From Clostridia bacterium (lineage in GTDB: Bacteria > Bacillota > Clostridia > Oscillospirales > Acutalibacteraceae), in the NCBI GenBank assembly GCA_017937865.1, contig JAGBCU010000009.1, positions 7,573 through 71,572 on the forward strand: a stretch of DNA of 64,000 nt, read 5' to 3'. The notes below the pieces were generated by a model. That model worked only from the letters and a program-made list of their open reading frames with translations. It did no database searches and had not been told where the DNA came from. Positions within the stretch are counted from its first letter, which is position 1. Each line of letters begins with the position of its first letter. The position numbers were made by a program, and so were the translations under genes. Shown piece after piece: positions 1 to 8,622 of the stretch.

Positions 1-2
1 GT

Positions 3-191
3 TACCTTACCTTGAATTTTGATGATGGCTCAACAGTTGACCTTATACTTCCCTTTGATGCTTTCAGTTGCGATGAAGAGGGGAATGTTACCTATTATAC
101 CTGCAATATGAATGAAGAAGATACAGTTATTTTTGAAGAAACAGTGCCAGAGGCGGTTTTAGATGAATTCGATTGTATGGTGGAATTTTAA
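3..191 (+). CDS. 3' end of a small acidic protein (start lies outside the window); possibly DUF1292-like
   Basis: The frame is open from the window edge to TAA at 189-191. Translation: YLTLNFDDGSTVDLILPFDAFSCDEEGNVTYYTCNMNEEDTVIFEETVPEAVLDEFDCMVEF. It is absent from the ORF track because it has no start codon inside the window. Confidence 0.4.
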   Translation, partial: YLTLNFDDGSTVDLILPFDAFSCDEEGNVTYYTCNMNEEDTVIFEETVPEAVLDEFDCMVEF

Positions 192-194
192 AGT

Positions 195-722
195 ATGAAT
201 AAATCTAAAAACACCGCCTTTTGCGGGATGGTAAGCGCCTTATCGGTTGTGCTTATGCTTGTAACAACCGTCTTGCCTGTTATGATGTATGTTTTACCTA
301 TTGTTACGGGTATTCTTATAATGCTCACGGCAGAGGTAACGAATAAAAAATGGGCAATAGGAACCTTCTTTTCAACGGCAATAATTTCGTTGCTTATGCT
401 TACCGAAAAAGAAACTGCTTTGACGTATCTTTTCTTCTTCGGCTGGTATCCGCTTGCAAGAGAGCAGCTATCAAAAATACCCAAAGCAATTCAATTTATT
501 ATAAAGCTTGTTATCTTTAATTTTTCGGCGGTAGCAATAGGCGTTGTGGGTGTATACGTTTTCGGCGTTTCGAAAGAAGATTATACCGAATTCGGTAAGT
601 ATACTATACCCATACTTCTTGTTATGGCAAACGTAGTATTTGTTTTGTATGAAATGATGTTAAAAAAATACTCGTTTATGCTAAAAGAGTTGGGTAAAAG
701 AATAAGTAAAAAACTGAAATAA
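195..722 (+). CDS. Small polytopic membrane protein (about 5 TM helices; ECF S-component-like, function unknown)
   Basis: 175-aa ORF that is hydrophobic throughout. It starts 4 nt after the upstream stop and is followed by a terminator hairpin at 730-769. Confidence 0.6.
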   Translation: MNKSKNTAFCGMVSALSVVLMLVTTVLPVMMYVLPIVTGILIMLTAEVTNKKWAIGTFFSTAIISLLMLTEKETALTYLFFFGWYPLAREQLSKIPKAIQFIIKLVIFNFSAVAIGVVGVYVFGVSKEDYTEFGKYTIPILLVMANVVFVLYEMMLKKYSFMLKELGKRISKKLK

Positions 723-729
723 ATATAGG

Positions 730-769
730 AATCGCAAAACCTGGTGTAAAACTGTGTTTTGCGATTTTT
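730..769 (+). terminator. Rho-independent terminator
   Basis: Stem AATCGCAAAAC (730-740) pairs with GTTTTGCGATT (756-766), followed by a T-run. Confidence 0.7.
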
Positions 770-808
770 AATATATTAAACAATTTGTTGAATAATTCTA
801 TAATTGTA

Positions 809-838
809 TTGACAAAATACGGCAAAAAAAGTTATACT
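809..838 (+). promoter_or_regulatory. Sigma-A-type promoter for the SDR gene pair
   Basis: TTGACA at 809-814, an 18-nt spacer, then TATACT at 833-838. GGGGG RBS lies before the ATG at 876. Confidence 0.45.
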
Positions 839-875
839 ATAATACGTATAATTATGAAAAATAGGGGGCTATTTT

Positions 876-2387
876 ATGCAGAAAAAAACAGTTGCTCTTA
901 CAGGTTCTTCAGGTACCATGGGCTTCCAGGGTTTCTTAGAACTCTATAAGAAAAAAGACCAGTTCAACATTGTTCTCCTCAACAGAGACAGTAAGAAAAA
1001 CCGTGAGAAATTCGCACCTTATATGAATGACCCTTCAATCAGATTTGTTTGGGGTGACCTTACAAATTATGAGGACGTTCTTGATATGGTGAACGGTGCA
1101 GATTACGTTCTTCACGTTGGCGGTATGGTTTCTCCTGCGGCAGACTACTATCCCGTTAAAACTCAGAAAACAAACGTTGCAGCTGCTCAGAATATCGTTA
1201 ATGCTATTAAAGCACAGCCCGACCCTGATGCAGTTAAGGTTGTTTACATAGGTACAGTTGCTGAAACAGGTGACAGAAATGCTCCTATCCATTGGGGTAG
1301 AACAGGTGACCCTCTTAAAGTAAGCGTTTACGACCATTATGCAATCAGTAAGATTAAAGCAGAAGCTGTTTTTGCTGATTCAGGTCTTAAGCATTGGGTA
1401 TCTCTTCGTCAGTCCGGTATCCTTTATCCTGCAATTCTTAAAAACCTTGAGCCTATTATGTATCACGTTCCGATTAACGGTATGCTTGAATGGGCTACTG
1501 TTGAAGATTCAGGTCGTCTTCTTGCAAATGTTTGCGGCGACGATATTCCCGAAGAATTCTGGAGACGTTTCTACAACATTGGTTCAGGTGAAGAATACAG
1601 AATTACCAACTTTGAATTTGAAGACCTTCTTCTCGGTACTTTAGGCCTCGGTTCACCCAAGAAGCTCTTTGACCCCCATTGGTTTACAACCCGTAACTTC
1701 CACGGTCAGTGGTATTACGACGGTGATGAGCTTGAAAAATATTGCCATTTCCGTGCTAATATTCCTGTTAAGCAGTATTTCAAGAGCATGATGGATAAGG
1801 TTGAATCCTTCTATAAATTAGCTTTTCTTGCAAAACCCTTTGCACCCATTCTTAAAAATCTTTGGATGAAGAAAATTGCAGAAACACCCGAGTATGGTAC
1901 TCTCTGGTGGGCAGCAAACAAAGTTGACGTAAGAATGAAAGCTTATTACGGCAGTATGGAAGAATATGAAAAGCTTCCCAGAAAGTGGGAGGATTTCGAA
2001 ATAATCATTCCTTCAAAGAAAACAACTGCTGATGACGTTGTTATTCTTAACCACGGTTACGATGAAACTAAGCCCTTTGATTCTCTTACTCTTGAGGATT
2101 TACAGAAGGCTGCTGAATTCAGAGGCGGTAAATGTCTTGCAACAGAGATCGTTGATATGTACACTCCTGTTAAATGGGTAAGTGCAAGAGGCAACGAGTT
2201 TGAAATGTCACCCAACCTTGTGCTTAAGGGTGGTCATTGGTGTCCCGCAGAGCTTCCTTGGCCCTGGAATTATGACGAAGAAGCAAGAATCAATCCTTTC
2301 TTTGCTCAGGTTTGGGATCGTGAAGGCGAAAATAACGTTTACGGACCTGAAATCTTTGATAACTTTAAGGAGAAGGTAACACAATGA
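876..2387 (+). CDS. NAD(P)-binding epimerase/dehydratase-family (extended SDR) protein with a long C-terminal extension
   Basis: N-terminal Rossmann motif TGSSGTMGF and a YxxxK-like YAISK motif. At 503 aa it is about 170 aa longer than typical extended SDRs. Its stop overlaps the next start (ATGA at 2384-2387). Confidence 0.65.
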   Translation: MQKKTVALTGSSGTMGFQGFLELYKKKDQFNIVLLNRDSKKNREKFAPYMNDPSIRFVWGDLTNYEDVLDMVNGADYVLHVGGMVSPAADYYPVKTQKTNVAAAQNIVNAIKAQPDPDAVKVVYIGTVAETGDRNAPIHWGRTGDPLKVSVYDHYAISKIKAEAVFADSGLKHWVSLRQSGILYPAILKNLEPIMYHVPINGMLEWATVEDSGRLLANVCGDDIPEEFWRRFYNIGSGEEYRITNFEFEDLLLGTLGLGSPKKLFDPHWFTTRNFHGQWYYDGDELEKYCHFRANIPVKQYFKSMMDKVESFYKLAFLAKPFAPILKNLWMKKIAETPEYGTLWWAANKVDVRMKAYYGSMEEYEKLPRKWEDFEIIIPSKKTTADDVVILNHGYDETKPFDSLTLEDLQKAAEFRGGKCLATEIVDMYTPVKWVSARGNEFEMSPNLVLKGGHWCPAELPWPWNYDEEARINPFFAQVWDREGENNVYGPEIFDNFKEKVTQ

Positions 2388-3403
2388 AAATATTTATGAT
2401 TGGCGGTACCGGTCTTTTAGGCTGTGAAGCTGCACGTATATTTATCGAAAGAGGTCACGAGGTTACAAGCGTAGCTCTTCCTCCTCTTCCCGAAGGAGCA
2501 CCTATTCCTCAGGAAATGAAGCTTGAATTCTGCAACATCTATGAGAAATCAGATGATGAAATCCGCGAGCTTCTCAAAGGTCACGATTGCTTCGTTTTCG
2601 CTGCAGGTATCGACGAAAGAGTTGAATTCCCCGCACCTGTTTATGATGCATACTATAAATACAACATTCAGCCCCTTGAAAGAATTCTTCCTCTTTGTAA
2701 AGAGGTTGGCGTTAAGAGTGCTGTTATCCTTGGCTCTTACTTTGCATATCTTGCAAAAGAGCGTCCTGATATGAAGCTTACAGAAAAGCATCCCTATATC
2801 AGAAGCCGTATCGACCAGGAAAATGTTGCATTCTCATTTGCTGATGAAAACTTTGATGTAGCTGTTCTTGAGCTTCCTTACATTTTCGGTACTCAGCCCG
2901 GTAGAAAGCCTGTTTGGGTCATCCTTATTGAGCAGATTAAGAGAATGGATAAGCTTCCCTTCACAATGTATCCCGGTGGCGGTACAGCAATGCTTACCGT
3001 TCGTCAGGTTGGCGAGGTTATCGTTGGTGCTGCTGAAAAGTCAAAGGGTGCAAAAGCATGGCCTATCAGTATGTACAACTTAACCTGGAAGGAATTCCTT
3101 AAAATCGTTTATGCCGCAAGAGGTATGGGCGAAAACCGTAAGATTATAAGCGTTGCTCCCTGGATGATGCGTATGGGCCTTGGCGGAGTTAAGAAAGAGT
3201 ATGCAGAAAAGGGTATTGAAAGCGGTATTGACGTTGACGGTCTTGCAGATATTATGGGTATCAACCTTTTCATTCCTGATCGTTTCTCAAAAGAACTCGG
3301 TGCTACTGACGACGATATCAAAGCAGCTATCTTTGATTCAATCAAGGTTTCACAGGCTGTTTATGATGGAACAGTAGAATTGTTAGGTATGAAAGGTGAA
3401 TAA
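2384..3403 (+). CDS. NAD(P)-binding epimerase/dehydratase-family (atypical SDR) protein
   Basis: N-terminal MIGGTGLLG glycine-rich Rossmann motif. 339 aa, translationally coupled to the upstream gene. Confidence 0.65.
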   Translation: MKIFMIGGTGLLGCEAARIFIERGHEVTSVALPPLPEGAPIPQEMKLEFCNIYEKSDDEIRELLKGHDCFVFAAGIDERVEFPAPVYDAYYKYNIQPLERILPLCKEVGVKSAVILGSYFAYLAKERPDMKLTEKHPYIRSRIDQENVAFSFADENFDVAVLELPYIFGTQPGRKPVWVILIEQIKRMDKLPFTMYPGGGTAMLTVRQVGEVIVGAAEKSKGAKAWPISMYNLTWKEFLKIVYAARGMGENRKIISVAPWMMRMGLGGVKKEYAEKGIESGIDVDGLADIMGINLFIPDRFSKELGATDDDIKAAIFDSIKVSQAVYDGTVELLGMKGE

Positions 3404-3439
3404 CCTGAAAACGAAAAACAATTAATATTTTAACTATTT

Positions 3440-3490
3440 AACAGGCAAATTCTGAAGATGTTTTCTTTAGAATTTGCCTGTTGTTTTATT
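3440..3490 (+). terminator. Rho-independent terminator
   Basis: Stem AACAGGCAAATTCT (3440-3453) pairs with AGAATTTGCCTGTT (3469-3482), followed by a T-rich tail. Confidence 0.75.
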
Positions 3491-3517
3491 ATAAAAAAAG
3501 TGTATAATCGCGTTGTC

Positions 3518-3562
3518 AAATCTCGGCTAAAATGCGAGGATTTCATATTTTAGCCGAGATTT
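3518..3562. promoter_or_regulatory. Perfect 16-bp inverted repeat immediately upstream of the ATPase promoter (candidate operator or structured element)
   Basis: AAATCTCGGCTAAAAT (3518-3533) and ATTTTAGCCGAGATTT (3547-3562) are exact reverse complements, separated by a 13-nt loop. The repeat ends 4 nt before the -35 box. Confidence 0.5.
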
Positions 3563-3566
3563 TATA

Positions 3567-3595
3567 TTGACTTACAGCGCATAATAATATATAAT
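3567..3595 (+). promoter_or_regulatory. Sigma-A-type promoter
   Basis: TTGACT at 3567-3572, a 17-nt spacer, then TATAAT at 3590-3595. Confidence 0.5.
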
Positions 3596-3629
3596 ATAAA
3601 CGAGAAATTATACTCTGATGAGGTGTATT

Positions 3630-4859
3630 ATGAGCTATATTAATCGCCATATGGAACAGCGTATAACCGAACTTTCAAAAACTTGGTCAGCAATTCTGCT
3701 CACCGGTCCGCGTCAGTCCGGTAAAACCACTATGCTTAAAAACCTTGCAGAAAAGGAAAATATCGGTCGTGATTACATTTCCCTTGATGACTTGACTGTA
3801 AGAGAAATGGCAAAAAACGATCCTAAAATGTTTCTGCAACTTCATAAACCGCCGATTATTATCGACGAGGTTCAGTATGCTCCGGAGCTGTTCACTTATA
3901 TAAAAATTTATGTGGATACACATCATAACCCCGGCGATTTTTGGTTGACCGGCTCTCAAGTGTTTGGTTTGATGAAAGGTGTTCAGGAGTCGCTGGCAGG
4001 TCGTGTTGCGCTTCTGCATATGTCGCCCTTATCTCAAAGGGAAATTATCGGCGCAGAACCTCGCCCCTTTACAACCGATTTTGATGCACTTGTAGAGGAT
4101 AGCAAAAACAACCAAGCGCTTACTACCCCACAAATGTATGAGCGCATCTGGAAAGGCTGTATGCCCGGTCTCGCAAGCGGAGAATACACCGACAGAAATA
4201 TGTACTACTCCTCTTATTTATCTACCTATATCGAGCGTGACGTTCGCGAACTTTCGGGTGCGATAGATGCCTTGAAGTTTACAAGATTTATCATAGCAGT
4301 TGCCGCCCGTGCATCACAGCTTGTTAACTATAAAGCGATGGCGGATGACGCGGATATCGATCAGGCTACGGCAAAGGCATGGCTTCAGATACTCGAAACA
4401 TTGGGAATTATCTTCCTTCTGCATCCGTATTCCAACAATGTCTTAAAGCGCACAATTAAAACGCCGAAGCTGTATTTTTATGATACGGGACTTATCTGCT
4501 ATCTCACAAAATGGTCTTCGCCCGAGGTTGCAGAAAGCGGCGCAATGAGTGGCGCATTACTCGAAAACTTTACCGTATCTGAAATTATGAAAAGTTATCA
4601 GAATGCCGGTAAAGAGCCTTTTTTAAACTATTATCGTGACCGTGATGCAAGAGAGATTGACGTTATTATTGAAGGTGACGGTAAACTGTGTCCATTGGAA
4701 ATCAAGAAAACGTCAAACCCCGATAAGAGAATAACCAAAACCTTCAGTCTTATCGATAAATCGCCCTTGGTGCTCGGCACATCCGCCGTGCTCTGCATGA
4801 GCGACCGCCTCTCTGCCTTCGACAGAGATAACCTCATCGTCCCGATTTGGATGATATGA
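3630..4859 (+). CDS. AAA-family ATPase of the AAA_14 + DUF4143 type (COG1373-like)
   Basis: Walker A GPRQSGKTT and Walker B IIIDEVQ, with a C-terminal region typical of DUF4143 proteins. The ATG at 3630 is preferred over 3618 because a GAGGTG RBS sits 4 nt upstream of it. Confidence 0.7.
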   Translation: MSYINRHMEQRITELSKTWSAILLTGPRQSGKTTMLKNLAEKENIGRDYISLDDLTVREMAKNDPKMFLQLHKPPIIIDEVQYAPELFTYIKIYVDTHHNPGDFWLTGSQVFGLMKGVQESLAGRVALLHMSPLSQREIIGAEPRPFTTDFDALVEDSKNNQALTTPQMYERIWKGCMPGLASGEYTDRNMYYSSYLSTYIERDVRELSGAIDALKFTRFIIAVAARASQLVNYKAMADDADIDQATAKAWLQILETLGIIFLLHPYSNNVLKRTIKTPKLYFYDTGLICYLTKWSSPEVAESGAMSGALLENFTVSEIMKSYQNAGKEPFLNYYRDRDAREIDVIIEGDGKLCPLEIKKTSNPDKRITKTFSLIDKSPLVLGTSAVLCMSDRLSAFDRDNLIVPIWMI

Positions 4860-5030
4860 TATTTATGTTTTTATTGATAATAATATTTTATCTCCTATAA
4901 TTAATAAAAACCGTACTATGCACGAACTGACGAAAAATACTGTCGGTGAGTGATTTCGCACATCCTACGGTTTTTACCCAACCAAACTCGCGAATCTTAC
5001 AATAGACATATAATAGTAAAATAACAAAAT

Positions 5031-5084
5031 AACAACAAGCAAAGCTTACTGTTTAAGTTAAGGTTTGCTTGTTGTTTTGTTTTC
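5031..5084 (+). terminator. Rho-independent terminator
   Basis: Stem AACAACAAGCAAA (5031-5043) pairs with TTTGCTTGTTGTT (5064-5076), followed by TTGTTTTCT. Confidence 0.7.
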
Positions 5085-5152
5085 TGAAGTTTTGTAATAA
5101 TTTACAAAATGCCCCTCATATACTTGTATTGAACTCGTATAGGAGGGTGTTT

Positions 5153-5416
5153 ATGAATTACGATTACGATATCCGTGCAGTTGAATTAGGCAATTTTATC
5201 GTGGAAAATAAATCAACTGTCCGTGCAACTGCTAAAAAATTTGGGATTTCTAAATCTACCGTACATACAGATATTACGGTAAGACTCAGACGTATTAATC
5301 CTACTTTGTTTTCGGAAGTTAGAAAGGTGCTTGACGTTAACAAAGAGGAACGTCATATCCGTGGCGGAATCGCCACAAGAGAGAAATACAAAAAAGAAGC
5401 ATTTTGTACCAAGTGA
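5153..5416 (+). CDS. spoIIID: Stage III sporulation transcriptional regulator SpoIIID
   Basis: 87 aa. The HTH segment TVRATAKKFGISKSTVHTDIT and the basic tail RHIRGGIATREKY are characteristic of SpoIIID. AGGAGGG RBS at 5141-5147. Confidence 0.85.
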   Translation: MNYDYDIRAVELGNFIVENKSTVRATAKKFGISKSTVHTDITVRLRRINPTLFSEVRKVLDVNKEERHIRGGIATREKYKKEAFCTK

Positions 5417-5492
5417 CTATAAATTTATTGACAAAATTACTCCGGAATTGTATATTGAATTATATATTATAAAAAATTCGGAGTGCTATATT

Positions 5493-6287
5493 ATGAAAAA
5501 GTTTATAAGCTTATGCCTCGTTTCTATAATTCTTGTTGCGTTCTGCTCTTGCGGAAGAGGCGAGGAGGATGACGGTAAGGCCTTGTTAACCGCTGATTCT
5601 ACAATTAACGTTACAAGTAATGCAGGGGTTATAACTCTTAACGAAGATGTTGCTGCTATTATGCTCGGTGTTTTTTCGCCCGAGCATTTAGGATTAAGCG
5701 ACGTGATAGAAAGCTATACTTTGAAATTAGGTGCAACAAAGGTTTTCGGTAAAGACGCTTGCCTTGTTGAAGCCTATGCCGAGGATAGTGATTCTCCGGA
5801 AGGAATATTTGCTATTTTAGGTCAGGATTGTTACGTGTATAAAAATAATCAGTATATGCTTCTTACTGCCGACGGTCCCGTTGAAGTTACAACAAATCCA
5901 TCAGTAACAAATTCAGTCGACGAGTCTGCAGGGGATGAAACAGGGGCTTCGGAATCAAACGAAGCAACAGAGATTGCTCAATCCACTACCCAACCTCAAA
6001 CAAACCCACAGTTACCCTCAGGTATGCAATACAATGAGGCAAATGATAAAAAGCTTAAGGCAACCTTCTCTTCATATTCAAAGGAAACCTTAGGTATCGA
6101 AAAAGAATTAGACGAGTACGTTTTAGTTGCCGTTGGTGGCACGGCTACCGCGATTGACGGTGAAAAAGTGTATACAGTTCAAATCTACGAAAAAGACGGA
6201 ACAAAAACCGCTTATAAATTAGCAATAAGCGATAACGGACCTTACAAATACAACACCGAAACACAAAAATTTGAAAAGCTTAACTAA
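5493..6287 (+). CDS. Secreted or lipoprotein-like protein of unknown function
   Basis: Signal peptide MKKFISLCLVSIILVAFCSCG with a Cys-containing cleavage region, and a Thr/Ser/Gln-rich linker. The ATG at 5493 has a GGAGTG RBS. The longer track ORF starting at 5331 overlaps spoIIID. Confidence 0.6.
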   Translation: MKKFISLCLVSIILVAFCSCGRGEEDDGKALLTADSTINVTSNAGVITLNEDVAAIMLGVFSPEHLGLSDVIESYTLKLGATKVFGKDACLVEAYAEDSDSPEGIFAILGQDCYVYKNNQYMLLTADGPVEVTTNPSVTNSVDESAGDETGASESNEATEIAQSTTQPQTNPQLPSGMQYNEANDKKLKATFSSYSKETLGIEKELDEYVLVAVGGTATAIDGEKVYTVQIYEKDGTKTAYKLAISDNGPYKYNTETQKFEKLN

Positions 6288-6328
6288 AAAAGATGTGTTT
6301 GCTCATTTTGAGTAAACACATCTTTTTT
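6286..6328. terminator. Bidirectional terminator between convergent genes
   Basis: AAGATGTGTTTGCTC pairs with GAGTAAACACATCTT (one mismatch), flanked by an A-run and a T-run. Confidence 0.7.
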
Positions 6329-6357
6329 ATATTATGTCTTTGAGAAGCAGAGTTATA

Positions 6358-7359
6358 TTAGTCGTAAATTTCCAAAATTTCAGCAGCTTTTTGTTTAACC
6401 GAATAAATAAGGTCGTTAGGTGATTTAACCTTAACACGTCCGCCGAATTGAACAATCCAAGCTACAAGACCTTCGCTTGAAGCAACGTTAGTTCTTAAAA
6501 CGAAATGCTCATCGTCGTATTTTTGTATTTTTACGTTTTCACCGAATCTGTCAAGCATTGGCTCAAGAGTATCGTTGTTGCAAATAAATTCAACGGGCTT
6601 CGGCTCACCGCTGTACATATTGAAAAGCTTTGATGCATAATCTGCAGAATCAAAGTAGTTTTTATAATCGGAAACCTCTGAAAAATGCCTTGCGGGTAAG
6701 CTTGTCTTTTCAAGATGCTTGATTTTATCTATTCTTAAATGCATAAGGTTATCATATTTTTCGTTGTTGCAAACAAGATAGTAATGGTCATCAGACCAGA
6801 TAAGAGCATAAGGGCTGACGGTAAAGCTTTTCTCTTCCTTAGCGGTTTTAAATTCTTCCGTAATACGTCTTCTTGTGTATGTGAAATTAACCTTTACTTT
6901 CGCTGAAATTGCTTCATCTAAAAGGCTTATTGTATAGTATATTTCTTCGTTTTTGCATTTAGGTCTGTTGTCAACATAAACCTGTGAATGAAGGATTTTA
7001 GCCTGTTTTTCGCTTGCAAAGCTTTCGATTTTTTGTACAAGTTGATTTGTTTTCTTTTGAGAAATAAAGTTTGCCGCTTGTACTGCATCTGAAAGAAGAC
7101 GTAATTCGGCAAGCTCAAATTCTCTTGCACCTAAAAAATAACCGCCTCTGTTTTTTGAGCCTGTGTGAATAATATCGAAACCGTAATCTCTTAAGATATC
7201 AATATCGTTATAAATTGATTTTCTTTCTGCGGGAATATCTAACTGCGAAAGCTCGTCGCAGATTTCAGTTGCGGCAAGATAATGGTTTTCATCAGTTTTC
7301 TTTCTTAAAATATCAACGATATAAAGTAATTTTAACTTGGATTTTTGAACTCCTGCCAT
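6358..7359 (-). CDS. WYL-domain transcriptional regulator (N-terminal wHTH + WYL + C-terminal extension)
   Basis: N-terminal HTH region LLYIVDILRKKTDENHYLAATEICDEL...SIYNDIDILRDYGF. The central segment SPYALIWSDDHYYLVC is typical of WYL domains. 333 aa. Confidence 0.75.
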   Translation of the reverse strand: MAGVQKSKLKLLYIVDILRKKTDENHYLAATEICDELSQLDIPAERKSIYNDIDILRDYGFDIIHTGSKNRGGYFLGAREFELAELRLLSDAVQAANFISQKKTNQLVQKIESFASEKQAKILHSQVYVDNRPKCKNEEIYYTISLLDEAISAKVKVNFTYTRRRITEEFKTAKEEKSFTVSPYALIWSDDHYYLVCNNEKYDNLMHLRIDKIKHLEKTSLPARHFSEVSDYKNYFDSADYASKLFNMYSGEPKPVEFICNNDTLEPMLDRFGENVKIQKYDDEHFVLRTNVASSEGLVAWIVQFGGRVKVKSPNDLIYSVKQKAAEILEIYD

Positions 7360-7420
7360 AAAAAATGCACTCCTTAAAGGGTTGTGAATTCGTTAAAATA
7401 ATTCTACTATAAAATAACGG

Positions 7421-7457
7421 TTTTGTAAATAATAAATGCAATGAGATATTTACAAAA
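7421..7457. promoter_or_regulatory. Perfect 11-bp inverted repeat in the divergent WYL-regulator/mreB-like intergenic region (candidate operator)
   Basis: TTTTGTAAATA (7421-7431) and TATTTACAAAA (7447-7457) are exact reverse complements with a 15-bp spacer. A TATAAT box follows at 7471-7476. Confidence 0.45.
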
Positions 7458-7543
7458 AGAGGGTATAGGTGTATAATTAAAATGTATTTTTATGTGGTTT
7501 TATAAAACAGTTTATTTCTTTTTTGCGAATGTGTGGTGTTAGG

Positions 7544-8566
7544 ATGATTGGCTTAAAAATCGGTATGGATATAGGTACGGGTAACGTGACTGCCGCTATT
7601 GACGGTAAAGGCGTAGTTCTTTGCGAGCCTGCCGTGCTTGCTCTTGAAAGAGAAACGGGTGAAGTTATTGATGCAGGTAAAAAGGCTTTCGAAATGACGG
7701 GCAGATGCCCCGATGCAATTAAGCTTACAAGACCCTTGCTTTCAGGAGGTGTTGCAGAGCTTGAAAACAGTGAAAAGCTTATTCGTACTTTTCTGGAGCG
7801 TATTTGTAAGAATAAAATATTTAAACCCGTTGTTGCCGCAACAATGCCTGCAGGCATAACCAATCTTGAAAAACGAAACATATTAGACTGTATTTTAAAA
7901 GCGGGTGCGGGTAAGGCTGTGCTTATTGAAGAGCCTCTTGCAGCGGCTTTGGGTATTGGTATAAATCCCGAAATGCCATACGGCACAATGATAGTTAATA
8001 TCGGTGCAGGAACGACGGGCGTAGCCGTTGTTACTATGGGTAGCATTGCAGTTGCAAAAAGTGCTACAGTCGGTGGCGACGATATGGATAGAATTATAAA
8101 AACCTATCTGAAAAATAACCGTGGTATTGAGGTCGGCAGGCTTACCGCTGAAGAATTAAAACAGCTTATCGGCGGTGCTAAAGTCCGCGAGGAAACCATT
8201 GCAGCAGTTGCAAAGGGTAAGGATACTGCTGACGGTATGCCTTTATTTTTTGAGGTTACCGCCCAAGAAATAAACTTTGCAATAAGAGATTGTGTTGATG
8301 AAATCTGCAAGGCAATAACGGATGTTCTTGAGGTTACCCCGCCCGAGCTTGTAAAAGATATTACCGATAGCGGTATTTTCCTTTGCGGAGGAATGTCGAA
8401 GCTTTACGGTATTGATAAATATATTGAAGAGGTTACGGGAATACGTGTGAAAATCCCCGGTAATGAGAGCCACGTTTCTGCTTTAGGTTGCTTGAGAGCG
8501 TTAAATGAAGAAAATTATTTAAAGCAAAACGGCTATCATTTTGTCACTCTTGAAATATTAGAATGA
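7544..8566 (+). CDS. Rod-shape-determining actin homolog, MreB/Mbl family
   Basis: N-terminal phosphate-1 motif IGMDIGTGN, then MIVNIGAGTTGVAV and a GGMS motif. About 340 aa. The ATG at 7544 gives a typical MreB N-terminus. The track ORF begins at TTG 7523. Confidence 0.8.
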   Translation: MIGLKIGMDIGTGNVTAAIDGKGVVLCEPAVLALERETGEVIDAGKKAFEMTGRCPDAIKLTRPLLSGGVAELENSEKLIRTFLERICKNKIFKPVVAATMPAGITNLEKRNILDCILKAGAGKAVLIEEPLAAALGIGINPEMPYGTMIVNIGAGTTGVAVVTMGSIAVAKSATVGGDDMDRIIKTYLKNNRGIEVGRLTAEELKQLIGGAKVREETIAAVAKGKDTADGMPLFFEVTAQEINFAIRDCVDEICKAITDVLEVTPPELVKDITDSGIFLCGGMSKLYGIDKYIEEVTGIRVKIPGNESHVSALGCLRALNEENYLKQNGYHFVTLEILE

Positions 8567-8622
8567 ATATCTTTAAAACCGCTTGATTTATCATAAATCA
8601 AGGTAAATTTATGAGGTGAACA

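Noticed and set aside
3534-3546. GGATTTCAT in the loop of the 3518-3562 palindrome is identical to a linker of the ssrA-adjacent hairpin array (18750-18758)
   Set aside because: A 9-nt match is within chance expectation for 128 kb of two-strand sequence. It is not enough to link the two loci.
4905-4978. Possible structured RNA downstream of the DUF4143 ATPase (AAAACCGTA...TACGGTTTT closing stem with about 50 nt between)
   Set aside because: Internal pairing is weak (only a 6-bp stem containing a G-U pair). It is most simply an imperfect terminator or transcript-stabilising hairpin. A stronger terminator follows at 5031-5084.
5331-5492. Longer 318-aa version of the secreted protein ORF starting at 5331
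   Set aside because: The extension overlaps the 3' end of spoIIID in another frame and lacks an RBS. The internal ATG at 5493 has an RBS and yields a canonical signal peptide.
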